A stretch of 32,545 nucleotides of DNA. It comes from Candidatus Hydrothermarchaeaceae archaeon (GTDB lineage Archaea; Hydrothermarchaeota; Hydrothermarchaeia; Hydrothermarchaeales; Hydrothermarchaeaceae). Location: the NCBI GenBank assembly GCA_036446855.1, contig JAZFTU010000050.1, positions 1-32,545 on the forward strand, read 5' to 3'. The notes beneath the pieces were generated by a model. It saw only the letters and a program-made list of their open reading frames with translations. It had not been told where the DNA came from and did no database searches. The position numbers and the translations under genes are program-made. This document shows, one piece after another, positions 7,332 to 15,724 of the stretch; the first letter of the stretch is position 1, and each line of letters starts with the position of its first letter.

Positions 7332-7796
7332 TTATTTGCCACTTAGCGCCATCTCTACGGCCTCTCTTGGAGTCTTTGCAAAGATTACGCCAGGGACATC
7401 AGCAGGCGGTCCAACTCCCTGATTTTTAAGGACCACCACCCGCTTTTTAGACTTTAATCCGAGGGCGATTTCCGAAAGAGTGCCGTATTCCCCCCCAACT
7501 GCAATCAAGGCATCTGCGGTACTTGCAATTATCGCATTTCTCGCATGGCCCATTCCGGTGACTATCTTTATGTCGATGTATCTGTTTGCATCGCCCCCAT
7601 TCGTTCCAGGGAGTATCCCAACGGTAGTTCCTCCATTTTCCCTGGCCCCCTTTGCCGCTGCCTCCATCACTCCTCCAAGTCCCCCGCATATCAATATACT
7701 GCCCGACTTTGCTATTTCCCTCCCGACCTCCTCTGCCAATGTGCAAATATCTCCGCTTCCTGCGCCGGCGCCTATCACCGCTATCTGCCTAGGCAT
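7332..7796 (-). CDS. TIGR00725-family / LOG-like (SLOG superfamily) Rossmann protein
   Basis: IAVIGAGAG...ILICGGLGGVMEAAAKGARENGGTTVGILPG...IVTGMGHARNAIIASTADALIAVGGEYGTLSEIALGL is the characteristic pattern of this family. The start overlaps the ABCE1 stop by 8 nt. Confidence 0.8.
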   Translation of the reverse strand: MPRQIAVIGAGAGSGDICTLAEEVGREIAKSGSILICGGLGGVMEAAAKGARENGGTTVGILPGTNGGDANRYIDIKIVTGMGHARNAIIASTADALIAVGGEYGTLSEIALGLKSKKRVVVLKNQGVGPPADVPGVIFAKTPREAVEMALSGK

Positions 7797-9549
7797 AATA
7801 GTACTCTCCCTTTGCCTTTTGACTTTTGTCCTTCTGGCTCCCAGGCTTGTTTGCCCTGGGCCTCCCGGTATCCTGGTCCCTTCTGAAGGTCACGTTAACG
7901 TCCTCAAGAAATGTATTCATCCCCTTTCGCATTTCAAGGATGGTTGTAGAAACTCCCCTTATTCCGGACTCACCCTCAAAGACCATCAACCTATCTGAGA
8001 TATAATCAATGAAAAGTATGTCGTGGTCAACGATTATGCCTGTCGCCTTCTTCTTTTCCATTATCCGCCTTATCATCTTTGCAGTGCTAAGTCTCTGCTC
8101 AACGTCAAGGTATGCCGATGGCTCGTCAAGCATGTATATCTCCGTGTCTCTTCCGAGACACATGGATATTGCAACCCTCTGGAGTTCACCTCCGCTCAAT
8201 TCATCCAGGGGACGGTTTAAGAGCTCTTCGATTCTAAGGGGTCTTGATATTTCAGCTTGGAAAAAGGCAGAGTCTAAATCAGTTATCCTTAGTAAAGTCT
8301 CCTGCACGGTCTTTTTTGACTCCGGCTTTATGTACTGGGGCTTGTAAGAAACCTTAAGATCCGTATCTATCCTCCCTTCATCTGCTTCTATTTCCCCTGA
8401 AAGGACTTTAACAAAAGTGGTCTTGCCAGTGGCATTTGGGCCGAGCACCCCTAGTACTTCCCCAGCTCGTATCCCCCCGCCCTTCACATCGAGGGTGAAA
8501 TGTTTATAATTCTTTTTAATATCTGTGAATTTTAAGAGGGTTTCTCCCCCCCATGCCTTCGCAGGGGGCCTTACCTCAAACCGCATTTCCTCAGTCCTAA
8601 ATCTTATGTTTTCTTCCTTTAGGTAGCCGCCAAGATATACATTGATGCCCTTCCTGACCGTCCTTGGGTGGGATACAATGCCATAGCTCCTCACTTTGCC
8701 GTACATCATGGTTACATAGTCTGCGAGGTAGTCGAGGACTACTAGGTCATGTTCTACTACAAGGACCCTCTTTTCACTCGCAATCCCCCTGATAATCCCT
8801 GCAACCTTAAGCCTCTGCCGAACGTCCAGGTAGCTTGAAGGCTCGTCGAATATGTAGATGTCTCCTTCCCGGAGGATGGCAGCTGCTATTGCAACCCGCT
8901 GAAGTTCCCCTCCTGAAATCTCTTTAATATCCCTTTCAACAGTGTTTGTTAGTTCAAGTCCTGCTACTACCTCGTCCAGCTTGCCCCTTTCATCTGCTTT
9001 TATTAAAAGGGATTTTACCTTACCTTTTACCGCCTTTGGCAGGTAGTCGACATACTGGGGCTTGTGAATCGCTTTTAAGTTTCCAAAATATAGGTCTTTG
9101 AAATAGTCTGAAAACTGGACTCCGGAAAAGTACTCGATTACTGCATCCCTGCTGCTGGTTTCTAGGTCCCCAAAATTTGGAACTATGTCCCCGGAGAGTA
9201 TCTTTACTATCGTTGTCTTTCCTATCCCGTTTTGCCCGATTATGCCGGTTACCGATTTTTCCCGGGGGTAGGGAAGCCGGAAAAGTCTGAAGGCGTTTTC
9301 CCCATACTGGTGAATCAAATCTCGTTTAAGCTCCTCTGGAAGGCCCACTATGGAAATCGACTTAAAGGGGCACTTCTTTACACAGATGCCACAGCCAGAG
9401 CAAAGCTCTTCAGATATTTCTGGTTTTCCCTTTGAATCAACAAAAACTACAGTCTCGTCCCCCATTCTAACGCCAGGGCAAAACCGTATACATTCCATTG
9501 AGCACTTCCTCGGCTGGCACGTATCTGGGTCTATGATTGCTATTCTCAT
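7789..9549 (-). CDS. abcE1: ABCE1 / RNase L inhibitor (RLI) ribosome-recycling ATPase
   Basis: 586 aa. The N-terminal region has two 4Fe-4S ferredoxin-type cysteine clusters (CQPRKCSMECIRFCP, CSGCGICVKKCP). Two ABC cassettes follow (GQNGIGKTT, LSGGELQR; GPNATGKTT, LSGGELQR). Confidence 0.95.
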   Translation of the reverse strand: MRIAIIDPDTCQPRKCSMECIRFCPGVRMGDETVVFVDSKGKPEISEELCSGCGICVKKCPFKSISIVGLPEELKRDLIHQYGENAFRLFRLPYPREKSVTGIIGQNGIGKTTIVKILSGDIVPNFGDLETSSRDAVIEYFSGVQFSDYFKDLYFGNLKAIHKPQYVDYLPKAVKGKVKSLLIKADERGKLDEVVAGLELTNTVERDIKEISGGELQRVAIAAAILREGDIYIFDEPSSYLDVRQRLKVAGIIRGIASEKRVLVVEHDLVVLDYLADYVTMMYGKVRSYGIVSHPRTVRKGINVYLGGYLKEENIRFRTEEMRFEVRPPAKAWGGETLLKFTDIKKNYKHFTLDVKGGGIRAGEVLGVLGPNATGKTTFVKVLSGEIEADEGRIDTDLKVSYKPQYIKPESKKTVQETLLRITDLDSAFFQAEISRPLRIEELLNRPLDELSGGELQRVAISMCLGRDTEIYMLDEPSAYLDVEQRLSTAKMIRRIMEKKKATGIIVDHDILFIDYISDRLMVFEGESGIRGVSTTILEMRKGMNTFLEDVNVTFRRDQDTGRPRANKPGSQKDKSQKAKGEYYYA

Positions 9550-9593
9550 GCTTTCACAACTAATTTATGCTGAAATACAGATAAAATTCACTG

Positions 9594-10475
9594 ATGGGAA
9601 ATATAAAGGTAGCAATTCTAATCGCACTTTCTCTTGCCCTCCCAGTTTTTTTCCTGAAATTTCCACTTTACGTATCGATAAGCTTTGATTTGGAGCGCGA
9701 CCCGCCGGCAATCAACCAGGGGATGACATCTTTTGAGGGTGTCGGAAAGGTTGCGGACATCCTAGATATTTTGGAACGGCACGATGCACGCGGAACATTC
9801 TTTTTTACCGGGAGGGTGGTAAAAAGGTTCCCTACAACCGTATTGGGCATCTGGGAACGCGGACACGAAGTTGCCGCACACGGAGGATTTTACCACGACG
9901 AGAGTATTTTTGGCCTCCCGGCAGGTGAGCAGAAGGAAAAAATTTCAAGGACAAAAAAGAGAATAGAGAATATTACAGGCGTTAGAGTTCATGGATACCG
10001 CGCGCCCGGACATAGAATTGACAAAGCCACATTCATTGCCCTAAAAGAGCTTGGATTTGCATACGACTCCAGCATAGTTCCAGGTATTGGAGGATGGGTA
10101 CTGTACAATCACATGATTTTTTCGCCTGTTTCCCCCTATCGCCCTAATATTGATGGCCGCATCTTTTCAGAAAGTTTGGACTTTCTAGAAATTCCCATAT
10201 CTCCCCTATTTATTAACGGAAATCTCGATTCCCTCCTTGCCTATCAGGGGCAAACGATAACAAAAATCGAGCTTTTTTTCACCGCCGTAAAGTGCAAAAT
10301 TCAAAGGCGTCCCATGGTCCTGTACCTGCACCCGGGGCTTATGGTCGACCTTCCCAATGAGCCATCAGATTACAGGTCGGGAGAATACCTGATGGATGAA
10401 TTTGATGATGCGCTTTCCTTTTTGGATATGCTTGGCGCAAGATACGTAGCACTGGAAGAAATTAAATCCCTCTAA
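9594..10475 (+). CDS. Polysaccharide deacetylase (CE4 / NodB-homology) with N-terminal membrane anchor
   Basis: N-terminal hydrophobic helix, then ISFDLERD, ARGTFFFTG, HEVAAHG and YRAPGH motifs typical of NodB-type deacetylases. Confidence 0.8.
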   Translation: MGNIKVAILIALSLALPVFFLKFPLYVSISFDLERDPPAINQGMTSFEGVGKVADILDILERHDARGTFFFTGRVVKRFPTTVLGIWERGHEVAAHGGFYHDESIFGLPAGEQKEKISRTKKRIENITGVRVHGYRAPGHRIDKATFIALKELGFAYDSSIVPGIGGWVLYNHMIFSPVSPYRPNIDGRIFSESLDFLEIPISPLFINGNLDSLLAYQGQTITKIELFFTAVKCKIQRRPMVLYLHPGLMVDLPNEPSDYRSGEYLMDEFDDALSFLDMLGARYVALEEIKSL

Positions 10476-11127
10476 AAAGCCTTATTCCAAGCCTCTTGGG
10501 AAGTCCCGCTTTCATAATCGCACTCGATGTCTTTTCTATGTCATAACCCACCCTTTTTATTTTGACTTCCTTTTTTTCTGTGTCCAAAAGGGCATAGCTT
10601 GCCCGGGGGTCAGAGTCTCTTGGCTGTCCGACGCTTCCAGGGTTAAAAATCAGCTTTCCCTCGATTTTCTTAACAAAGGGAATGTGGGTGTGGCCCAATA
10701 TTATTATGTCCCTATTTGTATAGTTGAAAAAGTCAGAAAAAACATAGTCAGGGTCACCTGGGAATATATACCCTTCCAGCGGGTTTTTCGGGCTTCCGTG
10801 TACCATGTAAAACTCATTTTCATGTGTCATGGGGAGTGCCTTCAGAAAACTTCGGTTTTCTGGGGTAAGCTTGCCTGCCGTCCATTCGATTGCCTTTATG
10901 GCCTCTGAATTGAACCAGCCGGTGTCTCCCGTCAAAACGGCCCGGTCGTGATTTCCTAAAAGTGAGGTAGCATTATTAGTTCTTATGAGGTCAATTGCCT
11001 CGTTTGGAAATGTATTGTAACCCACAAGGTCGCCACAGCAGAATAAAGGCATCCTCGAAATATCCTCTAAAACCTTCTCAAGCGCAGGAAAATTCGCATG
11101 TATGTCTGAAATAACTGCAACCTTCAT
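10462..11127 (-). CDS. Metallophosphoesterase (YfcE/MJ0936-like)
   Basis: MKVAVISDIHAN, CCGDLVGY, GNHD, VHGSP and GHTHIP form the complete calcineurin-like phosphoesterase motif set. I place the start at ATG 11127. The track's 61-codon N-terminal extension to 11310 is Pro/Cys/Arg-rich, non-homologous, and overlaps the divergent gene. Confidence 0.85.
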   Translation of the reverse strand: MKVAVISDIHANFPALEKVLEDISRMPLFCCGDLVGYNTFPNEAIDLIRTNNATSLLGNHDRAVLTGDTGWFNSEAIKAIEWTAGKLTPENRSFLKALPMTHENEFYMVHGSPKNPLEGYIFPGDPDYVFSDFFNYTNRDIIILGHTHIPFVKKIEGKLIFNPGSVGQPRDSDPRASYALLDTEKKEVKIKRVGYDIEKTSSAIMKAGLPKRLGIRLFRGI

Positions 11128-11150
11128 CAATGACAATATTTTTCTGTGGG

Positions 11151-11160
11151 AATTTAAAAT
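11151..11160. promoter_or_regulatory. Quasi-symmetric TATA-like element (AATTTAAAAT) between or inside divergent genes
   Basis: Centred about 28 nt from the phosphoesterase ATG (11127, minus strand), suggesting a leaderless transcript. It lies between the two candidate starts of the plus-strand glycosyltransferase gene. Confidence 0.35.
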
Positions 11161-11168
11161 CATTGCAT

Positions 11169-12800
11169 ATGAAGAGGCATGAGATTTTTTTTCTGGCAGC
11201 GGTGTACCTCCTGGGCCTCTACTTGAGACTTTTTCCCAGGCTTGAGATAGACCCGCACCTCTTGACGTTTCAGGGGGACATCTGGTACAGGCTGTGCATG
11301 GCGCAGTCAATTTTAGACAACCACGTGCTGCCGGAACCGGACATCCGGTATCTCGCTTACGGCTATGTGCCGATGTGGTACCCGCCGCTCTCCCCCATGC
11401 TTTTTGCGCTCGGAAGCTTCGTCTCGGGTCTTGATGTTGCGACGTTTAGCTCCAGGATTGTTCCATTTTTCGAGGCGGCTACGCCGCTTTCGATATACTT
11501 TTTGGCCCGCTATCTATACAACGGGAAAGCGGCCATTATTGCGACTTTGGCACTTGCGATGACGCCATCCTTCGTGTTCTGGTCTGGCATTTCAGACCCC
11601 CAGTCGTTCACGCTTTTTGTGCTCCCCCTCCTGGTACTCTTCTGGATATGGCACTCGGGGCAGGATGCAAAAAATAAGAACATGAGGCTACTTGCGATGG
11701 GGATGATTCTTGCAGTAAATTTCCTCATGCACCTATCATACTTTTTAGAGGTCCTGATTTTATTTGCAGTAACGCTTGCACTGATTATAAACAGAGAGGC
11801 CAAAAAAGGGCTTATTGTAGATTTTTTTAAGGTAGTGCTCATATCGCAGGCCATAACTGCATTTTGGTGGCTCCCAAATGGCCTCTACTTTTGGTGGATA
11901 AATGCGCTTGTGACCTCAAGCGGCATGTACGAGGCATCAAAGCACCTTTCAGAATACGGCATATTTGCAGGGATTCTTGGGGTTTTCTCCTTCCTTTATA
12001 TCTCCCATGGGTATTTCTTCAGACGCAGGCTAAGGCACCTTATATTAATACTCTGGGCCCTGCCGATATTTTTGGAAACGCAAAATGAAAGCATAATCTG
12101 GATGCTGGGAAAAATAAATACTGACTGGTATAACACGCTCGTCTGGTCGACGGTGGGTAAGCCCCTCGAGGGATTTAGGTTTTACTGCTTTTTAGCGCAG
12201 CCCCTCTCGCTTGCCATAGGAGTATTTGCAGCCGAGCTTTCTGAAGTGGCAGGAAGATACCGAAGGAACCTGGGCATTTTCGTGATAATACTCTTTATCT
12301 TCGGTTTTGCCTGGGGACTCTCGGATTATCGGTATGACGTAAAATTCCAGACATCAGGGATTACCCCCCAGGAATATGAAGCCGCCCAGTGGTTTCGGGA
12401 AAACTCTAAAAAAACAGACAGGATAATAGCTGATTACTACCGCGCCCAGATGTTCTGTGCGGTCTCTGGCGGAAAGGCCCTTTTGGGTGGCATGTTCCCG
12501 CTCAGAAACGTTGACTATCCCTATATCAAGGCCCCAGGAGAAGTGCAAAACGACCTCTACAAACTCTATAAGGCGGATGGGCCCAAGGAGGCGTCCATGC
12601 TCGCAAAAAGATACGGCGCAACGCACATCTTCTACTCTGACAACATGAAAAGATACGGAAATCTCCTGTCGTATCAAAAGCCGGCCTCACAATATGGCGT
12701 TGACATAGATGAGAAAAAATTCTCTAGCGAAGAATTTTTTGAGTTCGTTTACAGGGAACAATCTCCATATGGGGAAGTTGTTATTGTGCAGGTGAAATAA
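11169..12800 (+). CDS. Polytopic membrane glycosyltransferase, GT-C fold (STT3/AglB- or PMT/ArnT-like), with C-terminal soluble domain
   Basis: About 13 hydrophobic helices. The first loop, GDIWYRL...PEPDIRY, resembles the DxD/DPxYxxR loop of GT-C enzymes. A soluble domain of about 170 aa follows. No canonical WWDYG is present; the nearest matches are AWGLSDYRY and IIADYYRAQ. The start could be ATG 11169 or ATG 11130. Confidence 0.5.
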   Translation: MKRHEIFFLAAVYLLGLYLRLFPRLEIDPHLLTFQGDIWYRLCMAQSILDNHVLPEPDIRYLAYGYVPMWYPPLSPMLFALGSFVSGLDVATFSSRIVPFFEAATPLSIYFLARYLYNGKAAIIATLALAMTPSFVFWSGISDPQSFTLFVLPLLVLFWIWHSGQDAKNKNMRLLAMGMILAVNFLMHLSYFLEVLILFAVTLALIINREAKKGLIVDFFKVVLISQAITAFWWLPNGLYFWWINALVTSSGMYEASKHLSEYGIFAGILGVFSFLYISHGYFFRRRLRHLILILWALPIFLETQNESIIWMLGKINTDWYNTLVWSTVGKPLEGFRFYCFLAQPLSLAIGVFAAELSEVAGRYRRNLGIFVIILFIFGFAWGLSDYRYDVKFQTSGITPQEYEAAQWFRENSKKTDRIIADYYRAQMFCAVSGGKALLGGMFPLRNVDYPYIKAPGEVQNDLYKLYKADGPKEASMLAKRYGATHIFYSDNMKRYGNLLSYQKPASQYGVDIDEKKFSSEEFFEFVYREQSPYGEVVIVQVK

Positions 12801-12802
12801 GA

Positions 12803-12814
12803 AAAATATATATT
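12803..12814 (+). promoter_or_regulatory. TATA-box-like element upstream of the KaiC-fusion gene
   Basis: AAAATATATATT is centred about 29 nt upstream of ATG 12838. That spacing fits an archaeal TATA-to-TSS distance with a leaderless or near-leaderless mRNA. Confidence 0.4.
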
Positions 12815-12837
12815 CTACATCTTTCATCCTTTTGATT

Positions 12838-14901
12838 ATGAAGGAGTTTCCTGAAAAGTATACCTCGGTACTCACAGGGCCTCCGGGTGTCGGAAAGCAT
12901 ATATTCGTGCTGGATTTGGTGAAGTTCTATCTCGAAAAGGGGGAGAGCGTAACATACATCACGACCGAGCGCAGTCCCAAAGAAATCAAAGACATTGCAA
13001 AGAAGGCCGGCCTGGATTTGGACAAGTACGAGGGGAGCAAGTTCATCTTTATAGACCTATACTCCCATTCCACGGGGGGGAGATATGACAACGGATTTAG
13101 CATAGACAACCCTGCAAATTTAAATCTCATTACCGTAAATTTGACAAAGGCCGCAGACATCGTGGGAAAGCCTACGAGGATATTTTTCGATTCTCTTTCC
13201 ACGCTGTTTCTCCACGCCCCTGAACCCGAAATTAAAAAGTTCTTTGGGGTGCTTTCGTCGAGGGTGAAGACAGATTACGGTTTCATAATATACACCCTCC
13301 AGGACGAGATGCACAATGAGCAGACAGTTACTGCGCTAAAACACATGGTAGACAGCGTTCTGGAAATGCGATTCGATGAAGGTCCCCCCTTAAAAAATTT
13401 GTTTCGGGTGCATCATGCGAAAGGCATGAAAACCAGTCCCACCTGGCTTGAATTTGAAGCAGGCGAAGAAGGATTCAAGATACTTGGGGAGTTTGTTTCA
13501 GCTCAGGTGGCACCAGCGCCATCTCCAGTAGCAGCCGAAAAAGCGGCACCATCAAGTAGCGTGATAAAGTTTGGTGCAATCGGTGTCGTTTTACTATTGG
13601 TGGCAGGTGGAATTTTTATGATAAAGGGCGGTGGAGATGAGATCGAGCAAGGTACAGATGAAGGGCCGGTGGTGATAAAGAATTTTTATTCGCTTAAGAT
13701 GGACAAGACCGTAAATGTGAACGGAAAAGAGGAGCCTGCAGCAATAGATATGAAAACCCGCATAGATTCGAAAGCGCCTGATAAAGGATGGCTTTTGATT
13801 GAAAATCCATTCTATAAGATAGAACTGAACCTTGACCACCCGTATTACCGCCTCTATGACAAGATTACTGGAAAGGAAGTTACCATGTTCAATGATAAAG
13901 TGGATAATCAGATAGACATGATTACGGGCTCTGACATCGGATACGCAGACCACTCCGGAGAAAATAAGGTTCAATTCTCGACAACGGCACTGCACGATGT
14001 AGACGGCATCATCAGGCAGACGATTGTTTATGAAGATAAGGAAAATGGTTTTGTACTTTTAAATACGGAGGGATGGGATTTTATTCCCAGGGACCCTGCA
14101 TCAGGCTATGATGCAGAGGCAGAAGTCATGCTTGGCCTGTTTGCAGACAGGCCGTACTATATAGATGCAATGGAATTTAACAACCTTCAGATGCTAGGTT
14201 ATGTCATGCAGCGGTCCTCAAGAGACCCTGACGAAATCGTCAGGTCGTGGGTGCTTTCACCAGATTACAAATCCGCAGTTATCAGAGGCGGGGACTCAGA
14301 GCATTTAAACAAAGTGATTTACGAAGACATCTATCAGGTGCAGGGGATTTCTGATGTGGCAAGAAAGCCTTACCACTTTGGTTCTGCTGCCATTTCAAAG
14401 ATGTTTCCAGATGATGTGCTCTTTGGAGACAAGCAGGGGGGCGCCATAGTATTTACCCTGCCACAGGGGAGGGCAAGATGGGATGACTCAAAGGGCATCT
14501 GGGGAGAACAGGTGAGCGGGGAGTACATACTCTACGTTGAAGAGCCTGAAAATGCAATAGCATGGACGATTGAGCCTGTAAATGAACTTGAATTTCTCTA
14601 CGATATTGTAGAGTTTACCACAGTACCCGGTTATCAAGAGTCCCTAAAAGAGATAGTGGAGAGATATGGAATGGAATATCCCGGAGGAGTTATTAGCGCC
14701 CACAACTGGACAACGAAAAGAACCGCATATGTAATAACTCTGGTTCCTCCAGGGTGGTACGATGCAGCGACAAATAAACCTACTGAAGGGACATGGGGCC
14801 TTGTAGATTCGGCACTGGAAGATTACAAGAGGTATGAGGGCATCATTTACACGCAGCTAGAATCGACAAAGCCTGTTGCCGCAATGCTGCTTAGAAGATA
14901 A
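12838..14901 (+). CDS. KaiC/ArlH(FlaH)-like RecA-superfamily ATPase domain fused to one TM helix and a ~425-aa extracytoplasmic domain of unknown fold
   Basis: Walker A is GPPGVGKH (nt 12877-12900, GGA AAG CAT) and Walker B-like is PTRIFFDSLS. The rest of the KaiC-like domain runs to about track residue 220. An AQVAPAPSPVAAEKAAPSSS linker follows, then the TM helix FGAIGVVLLLVAGGIFMI (about nt 13564-13623). The remaining ~425 aa carry no motif I recognise. ATG 12838 lies about 29 nt from an AAAATATATATT box; the track start is TTG 12832. Confidence 0.75.
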   Translation: MKEFPEKYTSVLTGPPGVGKHIFVLDLVKFYLEKGESVTYITTERSPKEIKDIAKKAGLDLDKYEGSKFIFIDLYSHSTGGRYDNGFSIDNPANLNLITVNLTKAADIVGKPTRIFFDSLSTLFLHAPEPEIKKFFGVLSSRVKTDYGFIIYTLQDEMHNEQTVTALKHMVDSVLEMRFDEGPPLKNLFRVHHAKGMKTSPTWLEFEAGEEGFKILGEFVSAQVAPAPSPVAAEKAAPSSSVIKFGAIGVVLLLVAGGIFMIKGGGDEIEQGTDEGPVVIKNFYSLKMDKTVNVNGKEEPAAIDMKTRIDSKAPDKGWLLIENPFYKIELNLDHPYYRLYDKITGKEVTMFNDKVDNQIDMITGSDIGYADHSGENKVQFSTTALHDVDGIIRQTIVYEDKENGFVLLNTEGWDFIPRDPASGYDAEAEVMLGLFADRPYYIDAMEFNNLQMLGYVMQRSSRDPDEIVRSWVLSPDYKSAVIRGGDSEHLNKVIYEDIYQVQGISDVARKPYHFGSAAISKMFPDDVLFGDKQGGAIVFTLPQGRARWDDSKGIWGEQVSGEYILYVEEPENAIAWTIEPVNELEFLYDIVEFTTVPGYQESLKEIVERYGMEYPGGVISAHNWTTKRTAYVITLVPPGWYDAATNKPTEGTWGLVDSALEDYKRYEGIIYTQLESTKPVAAMLLRR

Positions 14902-14923
14902 GAAAGCTATTTAATTGAGCAAG

Positions 14924-15724
14924 ATGGAAAAATTTACAATGATTGAAAAAACTCCTACGGGAATTGAAGGATTGGACGAAATGCTGGATGGCGGGGTACC
15001 AAAAGGATACACCATCCTCGTTGCGGGAGGTCCCGGCTGCGGGAAGAGTACATTTGCCATGCAATTTTTGAAAAATGGCGTTGAGCAGCACGGAGAGAAT
15101 GGTATTTACATATCACTTGAAGAACTTGCAAAAGACATGGTGAGAAATTTTTCCGGATACGGCTGGGACTTGAGCAAAATAAAGATTGTCAGCATGATTC
15201 CACAAAAGGCAAGCACTGTTCAGGAGACAAAATACGTTGAGCTTTCTGACGTTATTGAAAAAAAACAAGAAAAGCTAAATGCCGTAGAACTGAAACCCAA
15301 AAAGTTTTCTGTCGATCTGGTAAGAGATATAATCAAAGAATACGTAAAGGAGGTTGACGCAAAAAGGCTCGTTGTTGACTCCCTTGCGGCCCTCTCGGTC
15401 CAGCTTGAGGATGCCTTTTCAATCAGGCAGGAAATTTTGGGCCTTAGCAATCTTTTGACCGAACTTGGCTGCACATCCCTGCTGCTTACCGAAATGCCGG
15501 AAGGTCAGAAAGGGATAAGCAGATACGGCATAGAAGAATTCATCTGCCAGGGCGTTATTGCACTCTACAACATCAGGAAGGGGAGCGAGAGGGTAAGGGG
15601 CCTTGAGATTCTAAAAATGAGGGGAACAAAGCACAGCCAGAAAATCTGTCTCATGGAAATGGGAGCCCAGGGAATTATAGTATACCCGAATGAAAATCTG
15701 CACAGCGGCACATCTGGATTTTAA
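14924..15724 (+). CDS. Single-domain KaiC-like / RadA-like ATPase (soluble)
   Basis: TGIEGLDEMLDGGVPKGYTILVAGGPGCGKSTFAMQF (canonical Walker A), RLVVDSLAAL (Walker B), and LEILKMRGTKHS, typical of KaiC-family members. It lies 22 nt downstream of the preceding gene. The track start is TTG 14915. Confidence 0.85.
   Translation: MEKFTMIEKTPTGIEGLDEMLDGGVPKGYTILVAGGPGCGKSTFAMQFLKNGVEQHGENGIYISLEELAKDMVRNFSGYGWDLSKIKIVSMIPQKASTVQETKYVELSDVIEKKQEKLNAVELKPKKFSVDLVRDIIKEYVKEVDAKRLVVDSLAALSVQLEDAFSIRQEILGLSNLLTELGCTSLLLTEMPEGQKGISRYGIEEFICQGVIALYNIRKGSERVRGLEILKMRGTKHSQKICLMEMGAQGIIVYPNENLHSGTSGF

Noticed and set aside
7480-7998. A 172-aa plus-strand ORF spanning the TIGR00725/ABCE1 junction.
   Set aside because: It is antisense to two well-supported genes, and its Pro/Ser/Ala-rich translation shows no domain features.
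11128-11310. A 61-codon N-terminal extension of the phosphoesterase ORF (the track gives 10462-11310).
   Set aside because: The extension (MTAPCTACTRCPPETSRGAG...) has non-protein-like composition. It overlaps the divergent glycosyltransferase gene. It also precedes the conserved family N-terminus MKVAVISDIHAN, so ATG 11127 is the credible start.
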